Source: an uncultured Spirochaetia bacterium (GTDB taxonomy: Bacteria; Oederibacteriota; PGYV01; Palsa-1178). Taken from it: DNA of 64,000 nt. Under the pieces are notes generated by a model that saw only the letters and a program-made list of their open reading frames with translations, did no database searches and was not told the DNA's origin. The stretch covers positions 1,227 through 65,226 of the forward strand of contig CAYUDX010000002.1 in assembly GCA_964443355.1 (NCBI GenBank), written 5' to 3'. The position numbers and the translations under genes are program-made. Each line of letters begins with the position of its first letter. The first letter of the stretch is position 1. Positions 10,369 to 19,429 of the stretch are shown one piece after another.

Positions 10369-11105
10369 CCTTGTAGGGGCGGACTCGCCCGGCACTTGTT
10401 TGGCATGGCACGGCTCAGGTTTTGGTTTTGCATGGCGGTCAGTGGTTTTTTTAGCCAATCGGGACGCTCTGGCCGTTGCCGGATGACACGGTAAAAGTGG
10501 TTATGAAGCTTTACGCAGCTATATTGACACATAAAAGTATTAATGTACGATTGGCAAAAAAAACCACTGCCGGCCATTTTTGGTTTGTCCCGGTATTATG
10601 TTTTGTCCATGTAGGGGCGGACCTGTGTGTCCGCCCGGCATTTGTTTGGCATGGTACGGCTCAGGTTTTGGTTTTGCATGGCGGTCAGTGGTTTTTTTAG
10701 CCAATCGGGACGCTCTGGCCGTTGCCGGATGACACGGTAAAAGTGGTTATGAAGCTTCACGCAGCTATATTGACACATAAAAGTATTAATGAACGATTGG
10801 CTAAAAAAACCACTGCCAGCCATTTTTAGTTTGTTCCGGTATTCCATGTAGGGGCGGACTCGCCCGGCATTTGTTTGGCATGGCATGGCTCAGGCTTGGC
10901 CTTGTATGGCAGGCAAGTGCTTTTTTTTCGCCCTGCCATCAAGCTCTATGCCGTGCAGGATGACATAGAAAAGGTGTAATTTAGCTTCACGCAGCTTAAC
11001 TGACATATAAAAGTATTGGGATGGCAGGCCGAAAAAAAACCACTGCCAGCCATTTTTAATTTGTTCCGGTAATTGTGGGCTTGTTCCCTGTAGGGACCGC
11101 CCCAA
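10369..11105. repeat. Tandem array (3 full + 1 partial copies) of a ~237-bp structured repeat
   Basis: Units start at 10369, 10607 and 10844 with CC(T/A)TGTAGGGGCGG. Each unit has a GC hairpin (stem lengthened in copy 2) and a ~30-bp long-range inverted repeat (GCATGGCGGTCAGTGGTTTTTTTAGCCAATCG ... CGATTGGCTAAAAAAACCACTGCCAGCCAT) enclosing ~85 nt. Copy 3 has diverged in both arms in a compensatory way. Confidence 0.85.
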
Positions 11106-11203
11106 GCCATGCACGCCGAAGCTTCAGCGAAGGTGTGTGGCGGCCCGTCCCGGGCCTTGCTTTCAAACCCGGGGTTTATGAAAAACAATGGAGGGTAATA
11201 TCA

Positions 11204-11725
11204 ATGGGAAAAAGGTTCATTGTGATAACTTTGCTGGTGACCGCGGCCCTGGTTGTCGCCGTGTTCTGCGCCGGGCTCGGAATCAGGTCATACAGGGAAA
11301 GATCCTCGATGCACAGTTTCGAGGCTGTCGTGGCAAAAGTCGTCGACGGCGACACTGTCTGGACGGATAATGGTGAAAAGATCAGGCTGCTCGGCATCGA
11401 CACGCCCGAGCTTCACCACCCCGATTATCCGGTGCAGGCTTTCGCACAGGAGGCAAAGGATTACGTGGCCGGCAGGATACTCGGGAAAAAATGCGTCTTT
11501 GAATACAGCGACCTTGACCATTACGACAAGTACGGGAGGACGCTGGCCTTTATTTACATCGACGGTGACCTTGTGAACGCCGAGATAGTGAAAAAGGGGC
11601 TCGGATACGCCAGCGTGAACAAATACCTTTCAAAGACCCGGGAATTCCTGGTAATAGAGAACATAGCCAAAAAGTTCAGGGTGGGTTTGTGGCAATATGA
11701 AGAGGGGGGGCAGAAGAAACAATGA
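11204..11725 (+). CDS. Thermonuclease (staphylococcal nuclease homolog), membrane-anchored/secreted
   Basis: DGDT...RLLGIDTPE SNase motifs with an N-terminal hydrophobic anchor. GGAGGG RBS precedes the ATG at 11204; the track ORF start at 11075 lies in the repeat array. Confidence 0.8.
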   Translation: MGKRFIVITLLVTAALVVAVFCAGLGIRSYRERSSMHSFEAVVAKVVDGDTVWTDNGEKIRLLGIDTPELHHPDYPVQAFAQEAKDYVAGRILGKKCVFEYSDLDHYDKYGRTLAFIYIDGDLVNAEIVKKGLGYASVNKYLSKTREFLVIENIAKKFRVGLWQYEEGGQKKQ

Positions 11726-12195
11726 AGGATGAAAACAAGAATTTTTTCCTAAAGACCGGGACCATCACAGCCGCGGCCTTGATAGTGGCCTTTTGCGTAA
11801 AGCTCTGGATAGTGGACGCTTTCCTTTCTCAGAGGAAACAGCCATCGTTTTCGCGCTCGGCCATAATCAACGGCGGCGTGAAAACAAACTGGGACAAGAC
11901 AAAGCACGTCATAGACTGGCGCGACGCATCGAAGCACGTGGGGGATTACGTCGAAATAACAGGGACAATAGTGGCATCGCACAAGAACGACAAGATATGT
12001 TACCTTAATTTTGACAGGGATTACGTGAACAACGTGGCGCTCATCATCTTCGCGAGCAACTACGAGCGTTTTCCGAAGGATATGGAAAAATATTACCTGG
12101 GCAAAAAGCTGAAGGTTGAGGGCAGGATAAAGGAATTCAAGGGAAGGCTCGAGATACCCCTCGACGACACCGCGCAGATAACAGCGGTAAAATAA
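11722..12195 (+). CDS. Membrane-anchored hypothetical protein with a probable OB-fold domain
   Basis: N-terminal TM helix, and a VGDYVEITGTIVASHKNDKICYLNF...KVEGRIKEFKGRLEI pattern typical of nuclease-associated OB folds. ATGA overlap with the nuclease gene. Confidence 0.5.
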   Translation: MKDENKNFFLKTGTITAAALIVAFCVKLWIVDAFLSQRKQPSFSRSAIINGGVKTNWDKTKHVIDWRDASKHVGDYVEITGTIVASHKNDKICYLNFDRDYVNNVALIIFASNYERFPKDMEKYYLGKKLKVEGRIKEFKGRLEIPLDDTAQITAVK

Positions 12196-12221
12196 GAAGA
12201 ACAGGGACAAGGCGGAAAAAT

Positions 12222-13631
12222 ATGCGGCAAAAAAAACATGCGGTAATAAAAAGAACCGGATTTTTCCTGATGTTCTTCCTTTTCTTTGCCGCCATGCAAG
12301 TCAACGCCTCAGGCGGCGCGCCGGCGTGGAACGTCCCGGAAGGCGCGGATAAAGGGACCGTGGTTCTGCTCGTATCCGACATCCATTTCGACCCTTTCGC
12401 GGACGGCGCGGCCAAGGAACTTGAAAAAACGGACATCGGTTCCTGGCGGGCCATACTTGAGGCCCTGGACAAGGGCAAATTTCCCGATTACGGCGATGAT
12501 ACAAATTTCAGCCTGCTTGAGTCTTCGCTGAAAGAAATAGGAAAGACCGCGGGCGGCGCGGATTGCGCGATAGTATGCGGGGACATGATATGCCACAGGT
12601 TCGAGGCAAAATACAGGCTCCACTGCTCCCTGACCGGGTCCGGCTCCGGGTTTGCATTAAAAACAATCGAGTTCCTTTCCCTTATGATTAAACAGTCCCT
12701 TCCAGGCGTTCCGGTTTATTATGTAGTCGGGAACAACGATTCCGACAACGGCGATTACAATATCAGGCCATCCGGAGAAATGCTTTCCGCCCTTTCATCC
12801 GCCTATGAAACAATAAGCTCGGACAGGAGAGCAAAAGCGGATTTTGCCCGGGGCGGATATTACGAGCTGCCGTTCCCCGGCATCGACAAAGGGGAGCTTA
12901 TCGTATTGAACGACGTTTACTGGCACAGGGGATACAAGCGTTCCCGCAGGATAAAGGAACAACCCGGCGACATTGAAATAAAATGGCTGAAACAGGAACT
13001 CGACGCAGCCTCGGCAAAGGGGAAAAAGGCTTTGATAGCAATGCACATACCGCCGGGCATAGATTCTTATCTGGCGGCTAAAGACAAGGCATGCAAGGGG
13101 CCGGACGGCTTCCTGCTGCCCGGATACAACGACGAATTCCTGGCGCTTATGGCTTCACACGGCGCGGTTGTGGAAAATATTTTTTCCGGCCACACCCATT
13201 TTGACGATTTCAGGGTATTCTCAAATGAAGCCGGGCCGTTTTTGACGGTGTCGATAATCCCTTCCATAAGCCCGGTCCACGGGAACAATCCCGCTTTCGA
13301 GATGGCCATGCTTAAAAAAAACGGGGAGATCGCGGATAAGGCCGTATACAGCCTGGCGGGATACGGGGTCAGCGGCGCCTCGCCGGCGTGGGGGCTTGAA
13401 TACATGTTTTGCGGCGCTTACGGCGTCGGGGATATGGGCCCGGCGAGCATGGCTTCACTTGCGGAATCTATCGGGGAAAAAGAGGCCGCCCGGGACAGCT
13501 ATTTTTCCTTTTATACGGCCGGCAACACCCTGCTTTCCATGCTGCTGGTAAAACAAAGCGCTGCTTACGGCTGCGCGCTGACCGGGGAAAATTTCAGCGA
13601 ATACGCGGAGTGCGGCTGCGGTGTTAAATGA
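12222..13631 (+). CDS. Secreted calcineurin-like metallophosphoesterase
   Basis: Signal peptide, then the motifs DIHFD, GDMICH, GNND, MHIPPG and GHTHFDDF. Confidence 0.7.
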   Translation: MRQKKHAVIKRTGFFLMFFLFFAAMQVNASGGAPAWNVPEGADKGTVVLLVSDIHFDPFADGAAKELEKTDIGSWRAILEALDKGKFPDYGDDTNFSLLESSLKEIGKTAGGADCAIVCGDMICHRFEAKYRLHCSLTGSGSGFALKTIEFLSLMIKQSLPGVPVYYVVGNNDSDNGDYNIRPSGEMLSALSSAYETISSDRRAKADFARGGYYELPFPGIDKGELIVLNDVYWHRGYKRSRRIKEQPGDIEIKWLKQELDAASAKGKKALIAMHIPPGIDSYLAAKDKACKGPDGFLLPGYNDEFLALMASHGAVVENIFSGHTHFDDFRVFSNEAGPFLTVSIIPSISPVHGNNPAFEMAMLKKNGEIADKAVYSLAGYGVSGASPAWGLEYMFCGAYGVGDMGPASMASLAESIGEKEAARDSYFSFYTAGNTLLSMLLVKQSAAYGCALTGENFSEYAECGCGVK

Positions 13632-13733
13632 TAATTATCAATTTCCAAACAGGTTATTAACTCCTTCCGGGTAGTATTATAACCGCACCGTTGATTATTC
13701 TAATTTTAAATTTTGCAAAAAAAGGAGAGAAAT

Positions 13734-14453
13734 ATGAAAAGAATTCCAAGGATATTTTTTGCCCTGTTTTTTTCCGTTTTATTATCAACATGCATGCTTT
13801 ACGCATCCGCAAAGGTATACGTGCCGGCCACGGACGTGGACCTAACTAAAATTTTACCGCCCCCGCCCGCGCAGGATTCCGTCAGGACAAAAAACGAAAT
13901 AGCCGAAATACTCGATTTTCAGGAAAGCCGGACCGACAAAATGGTCAAGTACGCGCAGGCCGACCAGGAAATAAGCGTATTCAGGTTTTCCGACATCATG
14001 GGCGACAAATTCACAAGGGAAAATCTTCCCTTTACGGAAGAATTTTTTCACAATGTTACGGCAAACGCTTCCATAATATCCGGGCCTGCCAAGGATTTCT
14101 GGAAAAGGCCGAGGCCGAGCGTTTATGACCCAAGGGTGAAGCCGTGCGTAAAGGTCCCGCCGAACGCCGCGTACCCGAGCGGACATTCCACGGCAGGCAA
14201 CCTTATGGCAATAATACTGGCGAATATGGTCCCGGAAAAAAGCGCGGAAATATACGGGCGCGGCTGGGATTTTGCGGTCAACAGGATAATAGGAGGGGTG
14301 CATTACCGCAGCGATTCGGAGGCCGGGCGCATGGCGGCCACGGTTATCGCGGCATTTATGTTTAAAAACCCGGATTTTTTGGCCGATTACGAGAGGGCAA
14401 AAGCCGAGATACGCAGGGCGCTCGGCTATGAAGACAAGTCAGCCGGGAATTAG
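13734..14453 (+). CDS. Class A nonspecific acid phosphatase (PAP2 family, PhoN-like)
   Basis: Signal peptide and the PAP2 motifs KRPRP, PSGHS and RIIGGVHYRSDSEAG. AAAGGAGAG RBS precedes the ATG at 13734. Confidence 0.8.
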   Translation: MKRIPRIFFALFFSVLLSTCMLYASAKVYVPATDVDLTKILPPPPAQDSVRTKNEIAEILDFQESRTDKMVKYAQADQEISVFRFSDIMGDKFTRENLPFTEEFFHNVTANASIISGPAKDFWKRPRPSVYDPRVKPCVKVPPNAAYPSGHSTAGNLMAIILANMVPEKSAEIYGRGWDFAVNRIIGGVHYRSDSEAGRMAATVIAAFMFKNPDFLADYERAKAEIRRALGYEDKSAGN

Positions 14454-14471
14454 ATACTATCCCTGAAGAAT

Positions 14472-14513
14472 AAAAAAAGGCCGGTCCCCGCGCGGGAAAC
14501 GGCCTTTTTTTTT
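14472..14513. terminator. Bidirectional rho-independent terminator
   Basis: GC-rich hairpin (GGCCG...CCCGCGCGGG...CGGCC) flanked by an A-run and a T9 run, between convergent genes. Confidence 0.75.
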
Positions 14514-14524
14514 AACGGGGAAAC

Positions 14525-14893
14525 CTAACCCGCAGCCAGTAATTTTTTTACATTGCTGGAAAAATTAATAAAACCATGGGGCTTGTTCAGGTAACCTTTG
14601 GCCCCGAGCCTCACGGCCTCGTCTATGACTTCCTGCGTCTTGACCGAACTGCACATCAATACATCGATGGTGGAGGTGATGGGATTGGACCTTAATTTTT
14701 TCAATGTTTCAAGCCCGTCCATCTCGGGCATTTCCACGTCAAGTATGATGAGGTCCGGCTGTATTTCCGCGGCGACCGAAAGACCTTCCCTGCCGTTGGA
14801 CGCGGAGTAAATCGAATAATCTTCCTTGGAAAGATAGATGCCCGCCAGTTTTTGCTGCAGGGGTGAATCATCAACGATAAGTATCTTTTTCAT
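14525..14893 (-). CDS. cheY: Chemotaxis response regulator CheY-like (single receiver domain)
   Basis: ILIVDDS ... DLIILDVEMPEMDG ... KPHG receiver motifs; 122 aa, immediately downstream of the MCP gene. Confidence 0.75.
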   Translation of the reverse strand: MKKILIVDDSPLQQKLAGIYLSKEDYSIYSASNGREGLSVAAEIQPDLIILDVEMPEMDGLETLKKLRSNPITSTIDVLMCSSVKTQEVIDEAVRLGAKGYLNKPHGFINFSSNVKKLLAAG

Positions 14894-14896
14894 CTG

Positions 14897-16876
14897 CTAC
14901 TCCTCCTTTTTTTTTGCAAATGATATTTTTGCCGGCAGGCCGGAAACTAACGAAAAAAGCCTGTCCAATGCGTCGAGAACCGGGCGCTTGCCGATGCGCT
15001 GCTGCGTATTTTCGCGGCCGCTGTGCCTTCCCACGACGCGCGTCAGGGTGGATACCATGTCGTTCAAATATTTGGACTGCTGCAAAAGGCTGCTGCTTTC
15101 GGCAAGGGTCTCGTTAGTGCTTTCGGTCATTTTGTTTATCACCCTTTCCATCTCTTCCACGCTGACGTATATCTGCTCTATTTCCTTTGACTGGTCGGCC
15201 GAAGCCCCGGCCACCTTGCTGATGAGGGCGGACAGCATGGAGAAAGAATTCCCTATCTCATCAAGGTCTTTTCTCACAGACGAGCTTATATCGACCCCCA
15301 CGGAGACGTTTTTTTGGACTTCACGTATGAGTTTTGTGGTGTTTTTTGCCGCCACCGAGGATTTTTCCGCGAGGCGCCGGATCTCCTCCGCCACGGCGGC
15401 AAAGCCGCGGCCGGCTTCGCCGGCCCTTGATGCCTCTATGGACGCGTTGACCGCCAGTATGTTAGTCTGGAAAGCTATGTCGTCTATGGTGCTTATTATG
15501 TCCGCGGTTTCGTCCGAGGATGTTTTTATGTTGTGTATCGAATTTATGGCTTTTTCCATGTTTTCAATGCCGCCGGTTGTTATCTTGTGCGTGTCGTCCG
15601 TCATGTTTTTCGCCTTGGTGGTGTTTTCGGCGTTGCGTGCGATCATCGCCGATACGAGTTCGAGCGAACCCGAGGTCTGCTCAAGAGAGGCCGCCTGCTC
15701 TGAAGTGCCCGCGTCAAGCATCTGGCTGTTCTTCTCCGATTTTTCCGCGGCTTTTGAAAGGCTGTCGGAGGCTTCCCTTATGGAGGATATTACGCGCTGT
15801 ATCGGCGTTCCTATGGATCCTGCGATAAAAAGGGCGAGGACTATTATAATTAAAATGCTGAAAACAAAGATCCAGCCGACCGAGGTTATCATGGAGTTAA
15901 GGGATGAAAATGCCGTCTTTTTGTCGAGGTCGGCTATTATGGCCCATTTAAGGAAAGGTATCGAGACCGGTGAATAGCTCGATAAAACATCGTTTCCCAT
16001 GTAGTTTTTTGTGTATTTGACCGAGGTCCTGTTGTAATCGATGGCTTCATGAGCCGCTTCCGTGTCGACCATGCTGTGCTTTGCGCCGGTCTCCAGAAAA
16101 GAGGCCTTTACCGAATGTTTTTCCGGGTCAATGAACGAATTGGAGCGCATGAGTTTGTCCGGCCCGATAAGGTATACCTCTCCTATATAAGCGTCTGTGT
16201 CGGTATGGCCGTTGCTCCGCGCGGATTCCCTGAAGATATCCGATTCCTGGGTTATGGAGTTTATGGAGTCCGCGGATATCGTGCATATCATTACGCCGCG
16301 CGTCGATCCGGATTCCGTTATGGGAGACGACAGAAAAACCACGGGTCCGTACAGCTTGTCCAATTGCTGGTAATCCTGGATGTTGAAATTTTTCAGGCCG
16401 TTCAAAAAGGCTTTTGAAACATTTGTGCCGGAATAATTGCGTGAGTTGAGGCTGACCCCCTCCTTTATGGTCCCGGATACGCTGAAAACCACCGAACCGG
16501 CGGAATTCACAAGAAGAACGTCGGAATAATCGTAAGTGTTCATAAAATCCGAAAACAGTCGGGTGTATTTTTTTTTGGCGGCCGCGGACACTCCGGCCTG
16601 ACCGAAGGCTGCTTCGATCTCGTCGTAAGCGCCTGTGAAAGCCGGGTCAAGGGCGGCGAACATCATTGATTGAACCTTGAAAGCGAAAAATTTTTCTATC
16701 TGGGACTGCTTGATCTTGCGTATGGAATCGATGTTTGAGAAGGAGAGCAGGTTGAGTATCCTTCCCATCTTGTCCATTCCGTCGAGTGTGATCACAAAAG
16801 CGGGAAAAATGCCGACGATGAGGAAGAACATAAGAAGTTTAGTCTTAAGGTTTAAGTGTGTCTTCTTTTCCATCAT
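14897..16876 (-). CDS. Methyl-accepting chemotaxis protein (periplasmic Cache-like sensor, HAMP, MA domain)
   Basis: Conserved MCP signalling hairpin ([40 protein letters not shown]) with two TM segments. Confidence 0.9.
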   Translation of the reverse strand: MMEKKTHLNLKTKLLMFFLIVGIFPAFVITLDGMDKMGRILNLLSFSNIDSIRKIKQSQIEKFFAFKVQSMMFAALDPAFTGAYDEIEAAFGQAGVSAAAKKKYTRLFSDFMNTYDYSDVLLVNSAGSVVFSVSGTIKEGVSLNSRNYSGTNVSKAFLNGLKNFNIQDYQQLDKLYGPVVFLSSPITESGSTRGVMICTISADSINSITQESDIFRESARSNGHTDTDAYIGEVYLIGPDKLMRSNSFIDPEKHSVKASFLETGAKHSMVDTEAAHEAIDYNRTSVKYTKNYMGNDVLSSYSPVSIPFLKWAIIADLDKKTAFSSLNSMITSVGWIFVFSILIIIVLALFIAGSIGTPIQRVISSIREASDSLSKAAEKSEKNSQMLDAGTSEQAASLEQTSGSLELVSAMIARNAENTTKAKNMTDDTHKITTGGIENMEKAINSIHNIKTSSDETADIISTIDDIAFQTNILAVNASIEASRAGEAGRGFAAVAEEIRRLAEKSSVAAKNTTKLIREVQKNVSVGVDISSSVRKDLDEIGNSFSMLSALISKVAGASADQSKEIEQIYVSVEEMERVINKMTESTNETLAESSSLLQQSKYLNDMVSTLTRVVGRHSGRENTQQRIGKRPVLDALDRLFSLVSGLPAKISFAKKKEE

Positions 16877-16906
16877 ATCCTCCGTTTGTTATGGTGCCGC
16901 GATATT

Positions 16907-17392
16907 TCAGATATCGAGCCAGTCCATCCATTTAAAGAAGGCCCCGAGCTCAAGTATGGCGGCCGTGCCCTGCGGGCATTCTACAGCGCCGTTTACGGGG
17001 CCGCCGGGTACCGGAAAAAGCTCCCTGTCCATGGGTTTTATTTCTTTTTTCGAAAAACTGAAACTGCCCAGGAACGAATCAGCCAGTATGCCTATGGCCG
17101 CTTTTCCGTTCTTTGACGTTTTTATCATGATGAAACAGCTCTTTGCCGAGATATGCTCCGCGGCGGCTTCCGAAAGCGTGCAAAGGGATATAACGGGGCA
17201 TATTTCGCCGCCGTAATTGATGAGCCCGCGTATATATTCCGGCGCGCCGTTGACAAGAACGGTATCCATGCACGGTATTATTTCGCAGACATACCCGTAA
17301 TCCAGGGCAAAAATAGCGCCGCACGATGAAAATATTACATGCATGTTCTCTTTGGATTCGTCCTGTAAAAGAGAGCCCGTTGCCTGTTCCAA
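16907..17392 (-). CDS. cheW: Chemotaxis coupling protein CheW
   Basis: Single CheW-like domain (IFALDYGYVCEI...VPGGP), 161 aa. Confidence 0.8.
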   Translation of the reverse strand: MEQATGSLLQDESKENMHVIFSSCGAIFALDYGYVCEIIPCMDTVLVNGAPEYIRGLINYGGEICPVISLCTLSEAAAEHISAKSCFIMIKTSKNGKAAIGILADSFLGSFSFSKKEIKPMDRELFPVPGGPVNGAVECPQGTAAILELGAFFKWMDWLDI

Positions 17393-17598
17393 TTAAAACC
17401 TCCAAAAGGCCCGGACCGTATAAACCCGCGCCTTGTTATCCTTGATGAATATACAAAAAAAGTATTAATTGCGGGTTAAGCCACGGTGAATTTTTAAATT
17501 TGTTACGGGTGTTTTTAACTTAATTAAATCAAACGGCAGTTTAACAGCCGGTTAACAAATTAATGGTCTAATACCGCAAGAACAGGAGGGCCTAAACT

Positions 17599-19197
17599 AT
17601 GGAAGAGATGCGCATAGAGCTCACGGAGGACCTTGTAAAGGAATTCGCCGAAGAAACCATTGTAAATATTGCAAAGGCACAGGCGGCCATTGTGGCCCTC
17701 GAGTCCGCGCCGGGCGACCATGAACTTATTAATACCGCATTCAGGTCTTTTCACACCCTGAAAGGGTCGGCGGATTATCTGGGTATGACCGCGATCAAGG
17801 AATTCGCCCATTATATAGAGGATATACTCGGGGCGGTCCGGTCAAAAAAAAGTATTTTGGACAGTTTTATGGTCACGGCATTGCTGGAGGCAAGCGACGC
17901 CCTGAAGAACGAGGCGGTGCTGATAAAAAAACAGGAAAAATTCGACCGGGAGCGGTTTAACTTTGAGGTATCAATAATATACAAGGATTTCATCATGAAA
18001 ACCATACCGGGCGCCGGAGAAAAGACGCGGGAAGACGCGGAGAAAAACACGGAAAATTCCGTGGTTGATTTTTCGGGCAGCGACGGACTTCAGGATGAGA
18101 TGGAGATAAGGATAGATTCGAACAGGCTGAATTACTTCATGGCCAACCTGGGCGAGATACTGGCGCTTGAGCCTTATCTAAGGGCGGACATGTCGGAAAT
18201 CGCGGGCCAATTTCCGGAAAAGTCCGCGGCCATAGAAAGGAACCTGTCGAAATTTTCAAGGTCGATAGACCGGCTGAAGAACAGCGCTTACGGGTTAAAA
18301 ATGCTCCCTTTAAAGAGCGCGTTCGTAAAAATGTCCAGGCTCATAAGGGACCTTTCCGTGAAATCAGGTAAAAAATTAAGGCTTGTCACCAGCGGAGGCA
18401 ATGTCGAGATGGACAGGGAAATAGTCGAATCCATCGCCGAACCGATGCTTCATCTGATAAGGAACGCGAGCGACCACGGCATCGAGCCGGCCCGGGAAAG
18501 GACGGCCGCGGGAAAACCAGAGGCCGGGCTGATCAATATCAGCGCATCGATGCAGGAAGGTAGCGTTATAATAAATATAAGCGACGACGGCAGGGGGATC
18601 GACGGGAAAAAAGTGCTGAAAAAGGCCGTGGACGCGGGACTTGTATCCGGCGAAGCGGAATTGACCGAGGATGAGGTTTTCAGGTTCATAATGTCGCCGG
18701 GATTTTCGACCGCGGATAAAATAAGCGAAATATCTGGAAGAGGAGTGGGCATGGATGTGGTCGCAAAAGCCGTAAAAAAAATGGGCGGCACCGTGAGGAT
18801 AAAATCCATTCAGGGCCAGGGAACCAGGGTGTCGATGAGGCTGCCGGTGGTGCTTGCGGTGATCGAGGCTGTTGTGGTGCAGATCAACAATGAAAAATAC
18901 GCATTGCCAGCCGAGAATGCGGGATATGTATTTTGCGGAAGCGGCGGGAATGAGGGAATAAAACTTGTGGATCTGTCGGACGGAAAATGCTCGTCCGGAA
19001 TATATCTTGAGGTAATTGCAGGAGGAAAAAAGGCGGCTCTGCGGGTGGACAGAATCCTGGCCCCGCAGCCCATAGCCATAAAAAAGATACACACGTTAAA
19101 ACTGAAAGACACGCTGTTTTCGGGCGCCACCGTCCTGCAGGACGGCCGTCCGGCACTTATAATATCGGCGGATAAGCTGGTAAAAGCAGAGGCATAA
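17599..19197 (+). CDS. cheA: Chemotaxis histidine kinase CheA
   Basis: Hpt (FHTLKGSADYLG), HATPase_c (HLIRNASDHGIE, GRGVGMDVV) and a C-terminal CheW-like domain. Confidence 0.9.
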   Translation: MEEMRIELTEDLVKEFAEETIVNIAKAQAAIVALESAPGDHELINTAFRSFHTLKGSADYLGMTAIKEFAHYIEDILGAVRSKKSILDSFMVTALLEASDALKNEAVLIKKQEKFDRERFNFEVSIIYKDFIMKTIPGAGEKTREDAEKNTENSVVDFSGSDGLQDEMEIRIDSNRLNYFMANLGEILALEPYLRADMSEIAGQFPEKSAAIERNLSKFSRSIDRLKNSAYGLKMLPLKSAFVKMSRLIRDLSVKSGKKLRLVTSGGNVEMDREIVESIAEPMLHLIRNASDHGIEPARERTAAGKPEAGLINISASMQEGSVIINISDDGRGIDGKKVLKKAVDAGLVSGEAELTEDEVFRFIMSPGFSTADKISEISGRGVGMDVVAKAVKKMGGTVRIKSIQGQGTRVSMRLPVVLAVIEAVVVQINNEKYALPAENAGYVFCGSGGNEGIKLVDLSDGKCSSGIYLEVIAGGKKAALRVDRILAPQPIAIKKIHTLKLKDTLFSGATVLQDGRPALIISADKLVKAEA

Positions 19198-19229
19198 GAC
19201 CGGAACTTTAGTTCAAAAGGAGGCAAAAA

Positions 19230-19421
19230 ATGAAAATGGCAGCCGTAAGGTATCCTGTAAAAAGCAGGGAGCAAATAAAGGAAGAGATAATCAAAAAATC
19301 AATGGACGAAATGGAGCTGAAGTTGTCGGGTCCCGGGATGAAAAGGTTCATGACCCTGGACAAAACGGAACAAAAACGGTTCGTGGCAATGGTCATAGGA
19401 TCTCCGGCGCGCGGGAAATGA
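19230..19421 (+). CDS. Small hypothetical protein (63 aa) downstream of cheA
   Basis: Strong AAAGGAGG RBS with 7-nt spacing to the ATG. Confidence 0.4.
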   Translation: MKMAAVRYPVKSREQIKEEIIKKSMDEMELKLSGPGMKRFMTLDKTEQKRFVAMVIGSPARGK

Positions 19422-19429
19422 GCCTTTAT

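Noticed and set aside
10179-10886. Repeated minus-strand ORFs (132 aa and 96 aa: MAGSGFF...VKLHNHFYRVIRQRPERPDW...) inside the tandem repeats
   Set aside because: They recur only because the DNA is repeated. No RBS is present. The frame is broken differently in copy 3, while the RNA-like pairing is preserved. I therefore treat the array as non-coding.
10369-11105. CRISPR array
   Set aside because: The repeat unit is ~237 bp with no unique spacers between units, and there are no cas genes. The pattern does not fit CRISPR.
10369-11105. dif/att sites for the adjacent Xer-type recombinase inside the repeats
   Set aside because: The best candidate (ACACATAA-AAGTAT-TAATGAAC) has only weak dyad symmetry and a poor match to the 11-6-11 dif architecture. 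I kept it only as one hypothesis under the repeat finding.
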